Assembly (NCBI GenBank): GCA_018666805.1
Contig: JABIXB010000205.1
Span: forward strand, 12,889 to 76,888
DNA from: Rhodospirillaceae bacterium
Lineage (GTDB): Bacteria > Pseudomonadota > Alphaproteobacteria > UBA828
DNA length: 64,000 nucleotides
Reading direction: 5' to 3'
Shown here: one piece after another, positions 9,439 to 19,011 of the stretch
How the letters are laid out: the number at the start of each line of letters is the position of its first letter
Position numbering within the stretch: the stretch's first letter is position 1
Translations under genes and position numbers: made by a program
The notes under the pieces: generated by a model
Database searches by the model: none
What the model saw: only the letters and a program-made list of their open reading frames with translations
Told to the model about the DNA's origin: nothing

Positions 9439-10197
9439 ATGCAGTATTTTGATGACCTGCCCTACACCGTGGCTGTGGTCGGCGCCGGCAGCGGCATTGG
9501 CAAGACGACGGCGGAACTGATCGGGTCGATGGGCGTCTCTGTCGGTTGTCTCGACAAAAATGCGGAGGCGGCCGAAGATACCGCGCAGGCGATCGAGGCG
9601 GCGGGCGGCAAGGCCTGCTCCTACGCCATGGAAGTAACCGACCCGGCAAGCGCCAAAAGCGCGCTCGATCATGTCGAAGATATACTCGGCAACATCTCAG
9701 GCCTGGTGAATTGCGCCGGCATCACCGGCAAAACAGCGGTGCTCGGCGCGGATGTCGATCTCGATGATTTCGACCAGGTGCATGATATCAACGTCAAGGG
9801 TGCGCTGATCGTTTCCCAGGCAGTGCTGCCCAGCATGTTGGCACGTGGTTATGGCCGCGTGCTGCACGTCGCCTCGATCTCCGGCAAGGAAGGGAATTCC
9901 GGCATGCTGGCTTATTCGACCTCCAAGGCCGGGCTGATCGGCATGGTCAAGGTACTGGGCAAGGATTACGCCGAATCGGGCGTTACCATCAACGCCATCG
10001 CACCGGCCGTGGTGCGGACACCGATGGTCGATGTTCTGCCGAAAGAAACCGTCACCTATATGACCGATAAAATCCCGATGAAACGCTGCTGCGAGCTTAG
10101 CGAAGTGGCGCAGTTGATCGCCTGGACCATCTCACCGGCGTGCAGCTTCAACACCGGCTATGTGTTTGACATGACCGGCGGGCGCGCCACCTATTAG
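9439..10197 (+). CDS. SDR family NAD(P)-dependent oxidoreductase
   Basis: VVGAGSGIGK cofactor motif, NCAG, S..YSTSKAG (YxxxK active site), PG.V.T. Confidence 0.85.
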   Translation: MQYFDDLPYTVAVVGAGSGIGKTTAELIGSMGVSVGCLDKNAEAAEDTAQAIEAAGGKACSYAMEVTDPASAKSALDHVEDILGNISGLVNCAGITGKTAVLGADVDLDDFDQVHDINVKGALIVSQAVLPSMLARGYGRVLHVASISGKEGNSGMLAYSTSKAGLIGMVKVLGKDYAESGVTINAIAPAVVRTPMVDVLPKETVTYMTDKIPMKRCCELSEVAQLIAWTISPACSFNTGYVFDMTGGRATY

Positions 10198-10198
10198 T

Positions 10199-11842
10199 TT
10201 AATCGACGACGATGATTTCGCCGAGAAAGCTCTCTTGAATGCGAATCGTCGCGACACCGCTTTGGATCGACTGCGTCGGAACGACGGCGGTGGCGGCGGA
10301 ATAGCCATCGGCGGCGTAGCGCCGGGTGATGGCATGGGAGATGCTGTAGAGATCGCTTACCGAGACCTCACTGCCAATATAGTGCCGGTAAATCGGCAGT
10401 AATTCACGCGCCGAATAGATTGAGGAACCGTCGATGATGACGCCGGCCAACTCAAAGCGCATCTCGGCCGCATCCTCTTCAGGCAGAATATCGACAGCCA
10501 GATCGCCAGATTCTTCCTGACTATCGAGCGCCGCATCAATTCTCGCCCATTCCGATTGTTCTTCCTCCAATTCTTCTTCCAATGCCGGTTTGGTTGCGCT
10601 CGTTTCATCCGCGCCCTCCGCGCGTTCCGCAACCGCTTGCGGCTCGGGCTCCAACGCGGCAACCACCTGTTCCACCTCCGGCTCGACAACCTGCTCGACC
10701 ATAGCGACTTCGGCCTCAGGCGGTTGCTCGGGCTCCGGAGCAACGACAGTAATCTCAGCCTTTTCCGGCTCAGGTTCCGGTGTCTCGACCACGATCTCGA
10801 CCTCTTCCGGCTCGGGCTCCGGCGTTTCGACAACGACCTCGACCTCCTCCGGCTCAGGCTCCGGCGTTTCGACAACGACCTCGATCTCTTCCGGCTCAGA
10901 CTCCGGCGCCACTGCGGCGATCTCGATCTCTTCCGTTTCGGCGGCAACGATCTCCGGCGCCGCTTCGTCGGCAACAATATCCACGGTCTGTTCGGCGTAA
11001 TCGCCCCGAGTGACCTCTTCGGGGTCCATCTCAGGCTCGCTGCTCTCGACCGGCTCGACCACAGCGACGATCGTTTCTTCTGGTGCCTCCTCGGGCACCG
11101 TCTCTGCCACTGCCTCGACCACGGCAGCGTCTTCCGCCGCCGGTGTTTCGCCCGCCCCATCCTTGGTATCCAGGCGTGAAGCCAATTTCGGCATGACGGC
11201 GCCGAAATCGCGCCCCTGGGCGCTGAACAGCTCGGCCACATTGTTGAAGAGGACAGCGCTGGTCAACGGATGGACGCGCTCGATCTCGGCCAGGATACCG
11301 AGGGCGCGGCGATACAGCGGCTCGGCCTCGGCAAATCTCGCTTCGAGATAATAAAGTTGCGCCAAATCGTTCAAACTAACGGCCACCGCCATGTGATTGG
11401 GGCCGAATTCCATCTCCTTGATCTTAATCGTCCGGAGATAGAGCGTTTCCGCCTCATCATAGCGACCCTGCCAGCGATACAATTTAGCCAATTTTCCGAC
11501 CAATACGGCGGTGGTGCGGTGGCCCATGCCCAAGGATCGCTCGGCCGACTGCACGGCCTCGACCAACAGCGGCTCAGCCTCCCCGAGATGGCCCATCTCA
11601 ATATGCAGCTCGGCAACATTAGCGTAGAGAACGGCCGAAGTCGGGTGACCCTCGCCAAACTCGCTTTCATGCAATTCGATCAGTTTAAGCGCATGCGGCA
11701 GTGCCTCTTCAAAGCGGTCCTGCGCATAGTGCGTGGCATAGAGGTTGTAGGTATCGAGAAGCGCGTCCGATTGCGCCCAGCCCGTGGCCGGGGCCAGCGC
11801 GAACGCCGCAACCGCCGCTATCGCCCACCTTCTGGCCTTCAT
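10199..11842 (-). CDS. Periplasmic protein with TPR repeats, an acidic tandem-repeat region and a C-terminal POTRA_2-like domain, with no beta-barrel
   Basis: Signal peptide MKARRWAIAAVAAFALAPATGWA. About 200 aa of TPR (YANVAELHIEMG, LAKLYRWQGRYDEAE, LAQLYYLEARFAEAE). About 180 aa of PEPEPEEVEVVVET repeats. The C-terminus GVIIDGSSIYSARELLPIYRHYIGSEVSVSDLYSISHAITRRYAADGYSAATAVVPTQSIQSGVATIRIQESFLGEI matches the ShlB/FhaC-type POTRA pattern. The stop abuts the convergent SDR gene. Confidence 0.65.
   Translation of the reverse strand: MKARRWAIAAVAAFALAPATGWAQSDALLDTYNLYATHYAQDRFEEALPHALKLIELHESEFGEGHPTSAVLYANVAELHIEMGHLGEAEPLLVEAVQSAERSLGMGHRTTAVLVGKLAKLYRWQGRYDEAETLYLRTIKIKEMEFGPNHMAVAVSLNDLAQLYYLEARFAEAEPLYRRALGILAEIERVHPLTSAVLFNNVAELFSAQGRDFGAVMPKLASRLDTKDGAGETPAAEDAAVVEAVAETVPEEAPEETIVAVVEPVESSEPEMDPEEVTRGDYAEQTVDIVADEAAPEIVAAETEEIEIAAVAPESEPEEIEVVVETPEPEPEEVEVVVETPEPEPEEVEIVVETPEPEPEKAEITVVAPEPEQPPEAEVAMVEQVVEPEVEQVVAALEPEPQAVAERAEGADETSATKPALEEELEEEQSEWARIDAALDSQEESGDLAVDILPEEDAAEMRFELAGVIIDGSSIYSARELLPIYRHYIGSEVSVSDLYSISHAITRRYAADGYSAATAVVPTQSIQSGVATIRIQESFLGEIIVVD
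10760..10935. repeat. Tandem repeat inside the TPR gene, period about 45 bp, about 3.5 copies
   Basis: Near-identical units ctcttccggctcgggctccggcgtttcgacaacgacctcgac encode the repeats EEVEVVVETPEPEP. Confidence 0.7.
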
Positions 11843-11850
11843 GAACTGAA

Positions 11851-12111
11851 TACCAAGGGGTGGTGATAGTGACACATAGGGATCGCCCCTGCGGCCTGTC
11901 GGGTAGGAGGGAGGCCGCAGGCGATGCGGCGCATCGGCAAGGCCTTCCGACGCCCTCCAACAGGCCGCAGGGGCGACCGGTTCGGCGGCTTACCAAGGCT
12001 TTCGGACGGCGTCGCGCGTGCCTTGCGATGTGCCGCATCGCCACGCCCCACGCTCCTAGCCGAAAGCCTTGGTAAGCCGTCCCTATGCGCCACTATCACC
12101 ACCCCTTGGTA
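11851..12111. mobile_element. MITE-like non-autonomous element with 32-bp terminal inverted repeats and nested internal palindromes
   Basis: Left end TACCAAGGGGTGGTGATAGTGACACATAGGGA (11851-11882) and right end TCCCTATGCGCCACTATCACCACCCCTTGGTA (12080-12111) are reverse complements at 30 of 32 positions. Internal perfect 16-bp inverted pairs are CGCCCCTGCGGCCTGT/ACAGGCCGCAGGGGCG and TTACCAAGGCTTTCGG/CCGAAAGCCTTGGTAA. If the ends are read as CCAAGG..CCTTGG, the element is flanked by TA dinucleotides. No transposase ORF is present. Confidence 0.5.
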
Positions 12112-12158
12112 TTTAACTCCCGAATCATGCCCCATAAAAAACCCCAGAGCCGCCCGCG

Positions 12159-13454
12159 TCAACAATTAGGCGCATGCGTGTGGCACGCCAGGACATCGCC
12201 GACCAAATAAAGCGAACCGCAGACGAGGATGCGGCCCGGGCCGTCCTGTCGTGAAATCCACGCCAGCGCCGCCTTTACATCTTTAGCCTCATGATTTGGC
12301 AAACCGAGGCCCGCCGCCGCCGCCGAGATATCTTCTGGTGCCAAACTGGCAGTTTCACCCGGCACGGCGACCCCGGTCACGCTGGCCGCGAGGGGCGCAA
12401 GCGGGCGGAGGAAATCTTCCGGCGCCTTGCTGTTGATCATGCCGATGATCAAATGGAGCGGCTTATCCGTCCAATCCCGGGCCGCCGCCAGCGCCTCTCC
12501 AGCCGCCGCATTGTGGCCCCCATCGAGCCACACTTCCCAGCCTGCCGACATATCGGACAAGGATATTTGCTGCAACCGGCCGGGCCAACGGGCGCCGGCG
12601 AGACCCTCAGTAATCGCCGCGTGCGGCAACGCACCCGCCGCCAGCACCTCGACACAGGCAATGGCGATCCCGGCATTGCCGATCTGATGCGCGCCGGCGA
12701 GAGCGGGCAGGGGAAAGTGCGATTTTCCCGATGATGATTCGAAATTAAAGCCGTCACCGCCGGGGTGAACATCCCATTCAACGCCGTAGCGCAGGAGAGG
12801 TGTTCCGAGAGTGGCAGCGCGGTCCTCGATTGCGGCGAGCGCAGCTGGCATCTGGGCGCCGATCACCGCCGGTACCCCAGCCTTCAGAATACCCGCCTTC
12901 TCAGCCGCGATGCCGACCAGCGTATCGCCAAGATATTGCGTATGATCGATCGACACCGGCGTAATGGCCGAAAGCGCCGGGCGCGCCACAACATTGGTCG
13001 CATCGAGCCGCCCGCCGAGGCCAACCTCCAGCAAAAGAATATCGGCGGCGCTGCGTTCGAACGCGAGCAAGGCGGCAGCGGTGGTGATTTCAAAAAATGT
13101 GATCGGCGCACCTTCGTTAGCAGCTTCGCATTCCGCCAACAGAGCGGTGAGTTGCGCCTCGTCGATATCCCTGCCAGCAAGCCGGATGCGCTCATTAAAA
13201 TGCACCAGATGGGGCGAAACATAGCTATCCACGCGCTGGCCTCTGGCGCTGAGGATGGCGTCTAAATAGGCCAGGGTGCTGCCTTTGCCGTTAGTACCGG
13301 CAATATGAATGACAGGCGGCAGGCGGGTTTCGGGATTGCCCAAATTTTTCAGCAACCGTTCCATACGGCCGAGCGAAAGATCAATCAGCTTGGGATGCAA
13401 TTGCTGCAGCCGAGCGAGAATGCGGCCGCTCGCTTCCGCCGGTTTGCCCGTCAT
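12159..13454 (-). CDS. folC: Bifunctional folylpolyglutamate synthase / dihydrofolate synthase
   Basis: IHIAGTNGKGST P-loop and the Mur-ligase-family architecture. It sits in the conserved accD-folC position. The start is placed at MTGKPAE. Confidence 0.9.
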   Translation of the reverse strand: MTGKPAEASGRILARLQQLHPKLIDLSLGRMERLLKNLGNPETRLPPVIHIAGTNGKGSTLAYLDAILSARGQRVDSYVSPHLVHFNERIRLAGRDIDEAQLTALLAECEAANEGAPITFFEITTAAALLAFERSAADILLLEVGLGGRLDATNVVARPALSAITPVSIDHTQYLGDTLVGIAAEKAGILKAGVPAVIGAQMPAALAAIEDRAATLGTPLLRYGVEWDVHPGGDGFNFESSSGKSHFPLPALAGAHQIGNAGIAIACVEVLAAGALPHAAITEGLAGARWPGRLQQISLSDMSAGWEVWLDGGHNAAAGEALAAARDWTDKPLHLIIGMINSKAPEDFLRPLAPLAASVTGVAVPGETASLAPEDISAAAAGLGLPNHEAKDVKAALAWISRQDGPGRILVCGSLYLVGDVLACHTHAPNC

Positions 13455-13485
13455 GCCGGGATGCGCCGCCTCGCCCGGGCCTCTG

Positions 13486-14382
13486 TCAGGGTGCCGGCGT
13501 CTCGGCGCGCGCAAGCTCGACGACTTGAGCGGGCGCGGCGGTATTGCGCAACAGGGATATTGTCTTCGCCAAGGTGTCGCGCAAATCATGGCGCCGGACC
13601 ACCATGTCGATCATGCCGTGCTCGAGGAGATGCTCGGCGCGCTGAAAGCCTTCCGGCAGCTTTTCACGGATCGTATCCTCGATTACCCGCGCGCCGGCAA
13701 AGCCGATCACCGCGCCGGGTTCGGCAATGGCAATATCGCCCAACATGGCGAAGGATGCCGTCACGCCGCCGGTGGTCGGGTGGGTGAGCACAACGATATA
13801 GGGCAGATGCGCTTCTTTCAGTTCATCCACCGCGATGGTGGTGCGCGCCATTTGCATCAGCGACAATGTGCCTTCCTGCATTCGCGCCCCGCCCGACGCC
13901 GGGACGACGATAAACGAAGAATCCTGCAACACCGCGAGCCGCGCGCCATTCAGTAGCGCTTCGCCGACCGCCACCCCCATCGAGCCGCCGAGAAAGGAAA
14001 AATCGAACGCCGCGACGACGACCGGATTGCCACCGATCGTGCCATGGGCAACGATGACGGCATCCTGATGGGCGTTACTGCGCGCATCTTTCAGGCGGTC
14101 GGCATAGCGCTTGCGGTCACGAAAACGTAAGGGATCGTTTGTCACCTCGGGCAGCTCGATGGTTTGAAACTCGCCGTCATCGAACATGTAGGAGAGGCGC
14201 TTGTTCGCATCGAGGCGCAAATGGTGATCGCAGTGCGGGCAGACACGCTGATTGTTTTCAAGCTCGCGGTGAAAAATCATCTGCTCGCAATTGGGGCACT
14301 TTTCCCACAAATCATGCGGGATATCGTCCTTGCGAAAGAGGCCCCGCACCTTCGGGCGGGCGAAGCGATCGAGCCAACTCAT
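13486..14382 (-). CDS. accD: Acetyl-CoA carboxylase carboxyltransferase beta subunit
   Basis: N-terminal zinc ribbon CPNCEQ...CPHCDHH and the carboxyltransferase domain; 298 aa. Confidence 0.9.
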   Translation of the reverse strand: MSWLDRFARPKVRGLFRKDDIPHDLWEKCPNCEQMIFHRELENNQRVCPHCDHHLRLDANKRLSYMFDDGEFQTIELPEVTNDPLRFRDRKRYADRLKDARSNAHQDAVIVAHGTIGGNPVVVAAFDFSFLGGSMGVAVGEALLNGARLAVLQDSSFIVVPASGGARMQEGTLSLMQMARTTIAVDELKEAHLPYIVVLTHPTTGGVTASFAMLGDIAIAEPGAVIGFAGARVIEDTIREKLPEGFQRAEHLLEHGMIDMVVRRHDLRDTLAKTISLLRNTAAPAQVVELARAETPAP

Positions 14383-15218
14383 GTTGCAGCTTCCCTTTTG
14401 CTTTGGCGCACACCGGCGCTCAAATCGCGCACCAGCGATAGCGCCGCATCAACCGTTTGCGGCGACCCGGCACCGCTATCGTCCAACGTGTTTTCGATGG
14501 CGGAAATAATGGCCGAGCCGACCACCGCCGCATCGGCCACACGCGCCACATCGCCAGCCTGTTGCGGCGTTTTGATGCCGAAACCAACAGCAATCGGCAG
14601 GTCCGTATGACGGCGCAGACGCGCCACCGATTCGTCGATCGAGCCAGCGCTTGCCGCACCGGCGCCGGTGATGCCGGTAATCGAAATATAATACACGAAA
14701 CCCGAGCTGTTCTCGAGCACACGCGGCAGGCGCGCATCGTCCGTGGTCGGCGCGGTCAGGCGGATAAAAGCGAGGCCGGCTTCGAGGGCCGGCAGACAAA
14801 GCTCCGAGTCTTCCTCCGGCGGCAAATCGACGATGATCAATCCATCGAGCCCGGCATCTAGCGCATCGCGCAGGAAGCGCTCGACGCCATAGATATATAT
14901 CGGATTGTAATAGCCCATGAGAATGAGCGGCGTCTCGCCATCCTCTTCGCGGAAGCGCCGCACCAAGCCAATGGTTTTCTCGAGCGTGATGCCGGCCTTG
15001 AGCGCGCGCTGACCGGCGACCTGAATAACCGGCCCGTCGGCCATGGGATCGGTGAAGGGCGAGCCGATTTCAATAATGTCGGCGCCGGCGGCAGGCAGGC
15101 CGCGCAAAATCTCAAAAGACGTTTCGATATCCGGGTCGCCCATCATGGTGAAGGTCACCAGGCCGCTGCGACCTTCCGACTTCAGCGCCTGGAAGCGCCG
15201 TTCGATGCGCCAGCTCAT
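14379..15218 (-). CDS. trpA: Tryptophan synthase alpha chain
   Basis: [18 protein letters not shown] and GFGI motifs. Overlaps accD by 4 bp. Confidence 0.9.
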   Translation of the reverse strand: MSWRIERRFQALKSEGRSGLVTFTMMGDPDIETSFEILRGLPAAGADIIEIGSPFTDPMADGPVIQVAGQRALKAGITLEKTIGLVRRFREEDGETPLILMGYYNPIYIYGVERFLRDALDAGLDGLIIVDLPPEEDSELCLPALEAGLAFIRLTAPTTDDARLPRVLENSSGFVYYISITGITGAGAASAGSIDESVARLRRHTDLPIAVGFGIKTPQQAGDVARVADAAVVGSAIISAIENTLDDSGAGSPQTVDAALSLVRDLSAGVRQSKREAAT

Positions 15219-16426
15219 ATTTCCATCTCCAGCGCTTCGGCCACCGTGAAAATATCCTTATCACCGCGGCCGCACATATTCATCACGATGATATGGTCCT
15301 TCGGCAAAGTGGGCGCAATTTTGCCAACGTGGGCCAGAGCATGGGCCGGCTCCAATGCCGGGATAATGCCTTCGAGACGCGAGCAAAGCTGAAAGGCTTC
15401 GAGCGCTTCTGTGTCCGTGATCGGCTCATAGTCAATCCGCCCGGCATCCTTGAGCCAGGAATGTTCCGGCCCGATGCCGGGATAATCGAGCCCGGCGGAA
15501 ATGGAATGGGCTTCGTTGATCTGACCATCTTCGTCCTGCAACAAATAGGTGCGGTTGCCGTGCAACACGCCCGGACTGCCGGCGCTGAGCGAGGCCGCGT
15601 GCTTACCGGTCTCGATACCGTGCCCCGCCGCCTCGACGCCGACCATGGCAACACCTTCATCGTCGAGGAAGGGATGAAACAGGCCAATCGCATTCGAGCC
15701 GCCGCCAACGCTGGCAACCAGCGTGTCGGGCAGGCGGCTTTCGGCTTCGAGCATTTGCTCGCGCACCTCCTCGCCAATGATGGATTGGAAATCGCGCACC
15801 ATCTCAGGATAGGGATGCGGGCCGGCAACCGTGCCGATCAGATAATAGGTCGATGCCACATTGGTAACCCAATCGCGCAACGCCTCGTTCATGGCGTCTT
15901 TCAGCGTCATCGAGCCGGAGGTAACCGGCACCACTTCCGCGCCCAACAATTTCATACGAAAAACATTGGGCTTTTGCCGCTCGATATCGACCTCGCCCAT
16001 ATAGACCGTGCATGGCAGATCGAAAAGTGCACACACCGTTGCCGTGGCGACACCATGCTGACCGGCGCCGGTCTCGGCGATAATGCGCGTTTTTTCCATG
16101 CGCTGGGCGAGGAGAATTTGGCCGATGCAATTATTGATCTTGTGCGCGCCGGTATGGTTGAGCTCGTCGCGCTTGAAATAGACCTTGGCGCCGCCCCAAT
16201 GCTCGCTCAGGCGCTCGGCATAATAGAGCGGGCTCGGGCGGCCGACATAATGCTTGAGCCAATAATCCATATCGGCGGCAAAGGCGGCGTCATTCTTGGC
16301 CGTCTCCCAGGCGGTTTCAAGATCGAGGATAAGCGGCATCAGGGTTTCGGCGACATAGCGCCCGCCATAGATGCCGAAATGGCCGTCTTTGTCCGGCCCG
16401 ACGCGAAATGAGTTGGCTGTGTTCAT
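15215..16426 (-). CDS. trpB: Tryptophan synthase beta chain
   Basis: [12 protein letters not shown]-lysine motif and GGGSNAIG; 403 aa. Overlaps trpA by 4 bp. Confidence 0.95.
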   Translation of the reverse strand: MNTANSFRVGPDKDGHFGIYGGRYVAETLMPLILDLETAWETAKNDAAFAADMDYWLKHYVGRPSPLYYAERLSEHWGGAKVYFKRDELNHTGAHKINNCIGQILLAQRMEKTRIIAETGAGQHGVATATVCALFDLPCTVYMGEVDIERQKPNVFRMKLLGAEVVPVTSGSMTLKDAMNEALRDWVTNVASTYYLIGTVAGPHPYPEMVRDFQSIIGEEVREQMLEAESRLPDTLVASVGGGSNAIGLFHPFLDDEGVAMVGVEAAGHGIETGKHAASLSAGSPGVLHGNRTYLLQDEDGQINEAHSISAGLDYPGIGPEHSWLKDAGRIDYEPITDTEALEAFQLCSRLEGIIPALEPAHALAHVGKIAPTLPKDHIIVMNMCGRGDKDIFTVAEALEMEI

Positions 16427-16454
16427 CTTCTATCCGAGTTAAAATTCGCCCACG

Positions 16455-17111
16455 TTACAGCTCGGCGCCAAGGGCAAGAAACTGGCGTACAAGCTCGGCG
16501 TCTTTTTTCCCCGGCGCCGATTCGACACCGGAAGAAACGTCTACCGCCCGGGCGCCCGATATCCTAACCGCTTTGGCCAGATTGTCGATATCAAGCCCGC
16601 CGGAAAGCAACCATGGCAGGCCTGCCGCCGGTTGTGGCTCGTTCGCAAGCATCGTCCAATCAAAAGCCAGTGCATTACCGCCGGGCAATGCGCCGCGCAG
16701 ACTTTTCGGCGCCTTGGCATCGAACAGAATCCAATCGGCAACGGTGTGATAGGGCGTGGCCGCATCACTGTCACCGGGCGCCGCGAGCTTGATCGCCTTG
16801 ATGATGCCGGCGCCGGTGCGCAACTTTATCTCAGCTGCGCGCTCGACGCTCTCACTGCCGTGCAACTGGATAAAATCCAAATCCAGCTGGGCCATGACGC
16901 TATCCAACAAATCATCGTCGGGATCGACAAACACGCCGACCCGCGAGATCTCGTCCGGCACCGGCAGGGCGAGCGCACCCGCCTGCTCAGGCGCAACGCA
17001 GCGCGGCGACGGCGGATAAAACACAAAGCCGACAAAGCGCGCGCCGCCAGCCACCGCTGCCGCAACGGCAATGGCATCGCTCAGGCCGCAAATCTTCACG
17101 CTTAGGGACAT
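16455..17111 (-). CDS. trpF: Phosphoribosylanthranilate isomerase
   Basis: KICGL, QLHG and LSGGL motifs; 218 aa; directly upstream of trpB. Confidence 0.85.
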   Translation of the reverse strand: MSLSVKICGLSDAIAVAAAVAGGARFVGFVFYPPSPRCVAPEQAGALALPVPDEISRVGVFVDPDDDLLDSVMAQLDLDFIQLHGSESVERAAEIKLRTGAGIIKAIKLAAPGDSDAATPYHTVADWILFDAKAPKSLRGALPGGNALAFDWTMLANEPQPAAGLPWLLSGGLDIDNLAKAVRISGARAVDVSSGVESAPGKKDAELVRQFLALGAEL

Positions 17112-17196
17112 CTAATAATCCACTTGGTGATGCAAGCAAATGCATGGCTGCGCGCTTATTCGACGAATCGAGGGGCCGCGTCAAGAACTTCGGTCG

Positions 17197-17559
17197 CTAC
17201 GCGGCGTCTCCGGGTGGCGCGATGCGATTTTGCCCGGGCTCCGCCTTGCCCGCCTGGGCTTGTTCCTTCTCCGCTTCATCGAGGCGTTGGCGCAATGTCG
17301 AAATTTCGCGCTCCAAGGCGCGCACATGGCGCCTGCCCTGGCGCGCTTCGGCGCGCCAGCGATGATCGAACAGCCAACGGATGACGGCGCCAAGGATAAA
17401 GCCGAAAGCAAGCGCGCCAATTACCGCGGCCCAGAGCGGGATATCCAATTCATAGGGCAGGGGATCGAAATGAACGCCCACCGCCGTCCGGTTGGCGATG
17501 GCAAAGGCGATGACGATAAAGGCCACCGGAATCGCAATTATCCAGCCGATAAATCTCAC
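17197..17559 (-). CDS. LapA-domain (DUF1049) small inner-membrane protein
   Basis: Two TM helices followed by a charged coiled-coil tail (RALEREISTLRQRLDEAEKEQ). The likely GTG start is at VRFIGW. It holds the conserved position between ihfB and trpF. Confidence 0.55.
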   Translation of the reverse strand: MRFIGWIIAIPVAFIVIAFAIANRTAVGVHFDPLPYELDIPLWAAVIGALAFGFILGAVIRWLFDHRWRAEARQGRRHVRALEREISTLRQRLDEAEKEQAQAGKAEPGQNRIAPPGDAA

Positions 17560-17622
17560 GCCGTTTCCTTCAGCGCCTTCGCTCCACGCCCGCGGGCGCG
17601 CCGCCATGAAAATCGGCGCGGC

Positions 17623-17910
17623 TTATCCTTGATTGATGCGCTCGCGCAATTCCTTGCCGGTCTTGAAAAACGGCAAATGCTTCTTCGCCACATTGACCGA
17701 TTCGCCGGTGCGCGGGTTGCGCCCGACGCGTTCGCCGCGCGCGCGCACCGAAAAGGCGCCGAAGCCGCGCAGCTCGACCCGGTCACCGCGCGCCAAGGCG
17801 GCACTGATCTCATCGAACACCTTGTTTACCACGCGTTCAAAATCACGGTGATAGAGGCGCGGGTCGGGATACATTTCGGCCAGCCGCTGAATCAGTTCAG
17901 ATTTGGTCAT
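17623..17910 (-). CDS. ihfB: Integration host factor beta subunit
   Basis: [12 protein letters not shown]...[10 protein letters not shown]...[10 protein letters not shown] is the classic IHF/HU fold. Start placed at MTKSEL. Confidence 0.9.
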   Translation of the reverse strand: MTKSELIQRLAEMYPDPRLYHRDFERVVNKVFDEISAALARGDRVELRGFGAFSVRARGERVGRNPRTGESVNVAKKHLPFFKTGKELRERINQG

Positions 17911-18022
17911 GCCATCGCTTTCCTTCTCGCCGTCCCAATTACGCTGCTCTAATTGCACCGCTCTAATTGCACTGCCCCATTTGCGCCGATCACGAGCAAA
18001 CTATCGTTTTATTTGGGTTTTT

Positions 18023-18943
18023 TCACTCGCGACCGAGCCCAGGGTGCCAAACGGCGAGGAGGCCGTCAAGCGTGAGACGCCTCGGCAAAACCGCGCCGCC
18101 GACCGAAGAGACGAGGCGCTCGACAATATCTTCGCGCTCATCGGTCTCTAAATCATAGAGCGGCAGGGTCGCTGGCACGCCGCGCTGACTGTCGAGCCAG
18201 GCCAAAGCCTCCGGCTCACCGCCGATTTCATCGACCAGGCCATTGGCCACCGCCTGGCGGCCGGTGAACACGCGCCCATCCGCCAAAGCCTCTGCCACCG
18301 GGCGCTCCAGGCCACGTCGCTCGGCCAGTAGATCGATGAAAAGGTCATACATATCGTCGACCACCGCTTGCGCCGCCGCCCGGCCGCTTTCGTTGAGCGT
18401 CTCAAAGGGCGAGGGCACGCCTTTTAAGGGCGCGCTTTTGATCGCTTCGGTGACAATGCCGAGATCGCTCAGCATGCGGCTCACTTCAGCGGTTTGCAGA
18501 ATCACGCCGATCGAGCCGGTGACGGTGGAATTGCGCGCCAAAATATGCTCGGCGGCGAGTGCCGTCATATAGCCGCCCGATGCCGCCGTGCCACCCATGA
18601 CGGCGATCACCGGCTTAGTGGCCGCCACTTTGCGCAAGCCCAGATACAGCGCTTCGCTGCCCGCCATGGTGCCGCCCGGCGAATCGATCCTGACGATCAG
18701 CGCGCGGACATCACTATCCTCGGCAATCTCCGCCAACATTTCCTCACGCAGGGGATCGTCGATGATCAGGCCGGTGACCCAGAGGCGGGCGATATAATCG
18801 CCGCCGGCCGGGCCATCAAGGGCAAAGCGGCCGATGGCAACGACGATCAGCGCGATCACGGCGACGACCGCGAGCGCGCGCCATACGGCGACGCCACGCT
18901 TGAGACGCCGGCGATCAAGTAGCCTATCCGGGTCGAGCATCAT
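18023..18943 (-). CDS. sppA: Signal peptide peptidase SppA (36K type)
   Basis: An N-terminal TM segment, then the S49 peptidase domain with GGTMAGSE...AASGGY...SIG motifs. Confidence 0.85.
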   Translation of the reverse strand: MMLDPDRLLDRRRLKRGVAVWRALAVVAVIALIVVAIGRFALDGPAGGDYIARLWVTGLIIDDPLREEMLAEIAEDSDVRALIVRIDSPGGTMAGSEALYLGLRKVAATKPVIAVMGGTAASGGYMTALAAEHILARNSTVTGSIGVILQTAEVSRMLSDLGIVTEAIKSAPLKGVPSPFETLNESGRAAAQAVVDDMYDLFIDLLAERRGLERPVAEALADGRVFTGRQAVANGLVDEIGGEPEALAWLDSQRGVPATLPLYDLETDEREDIVERLVSSVGGAVLPRRLTLDGLLAVWHPGLGRE

Positions 18944-18973
18944 TTCCGCCGCTCACTCCCCGTGTTGACGTGT

Positions 18974-19011
18974 GAAAAACCGGATATATCAGCGCCGACA
19001 AGCGCCCCGGT
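18974..19011 (-). terminator. Possible rho-independent terminator after rpsA
   Basis: On the minus strand, hairpin AAGCGCC-loop-GGCGCTT overlaps the rpsA stop. A second GC-rich segment follows and ends in CCGGTTTTTC. Confidence 0.3.

Noticed and set aside
10357-11241. 294-aa Arg/Ser-rich minus-strand ORF and the 207-aa plus-strand ORF at 10556-11179
   Set aside because: Both are generated by the 45-bp tandem repeat in alternative frames. The in-frame TPR/POTRA reading has the coherent domain structure.
11860-12169. Short ORFs (71-111 aa) inside the MITE-like element
   Set aside because: They overlap each other on both strands inside a palindromic repeat. The composition is driven by the inverted repeats, not by coding.
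15293-16411. 372-aa plus-strand ORF
   Set aside because: It is antisense to trpB and has no domain features.
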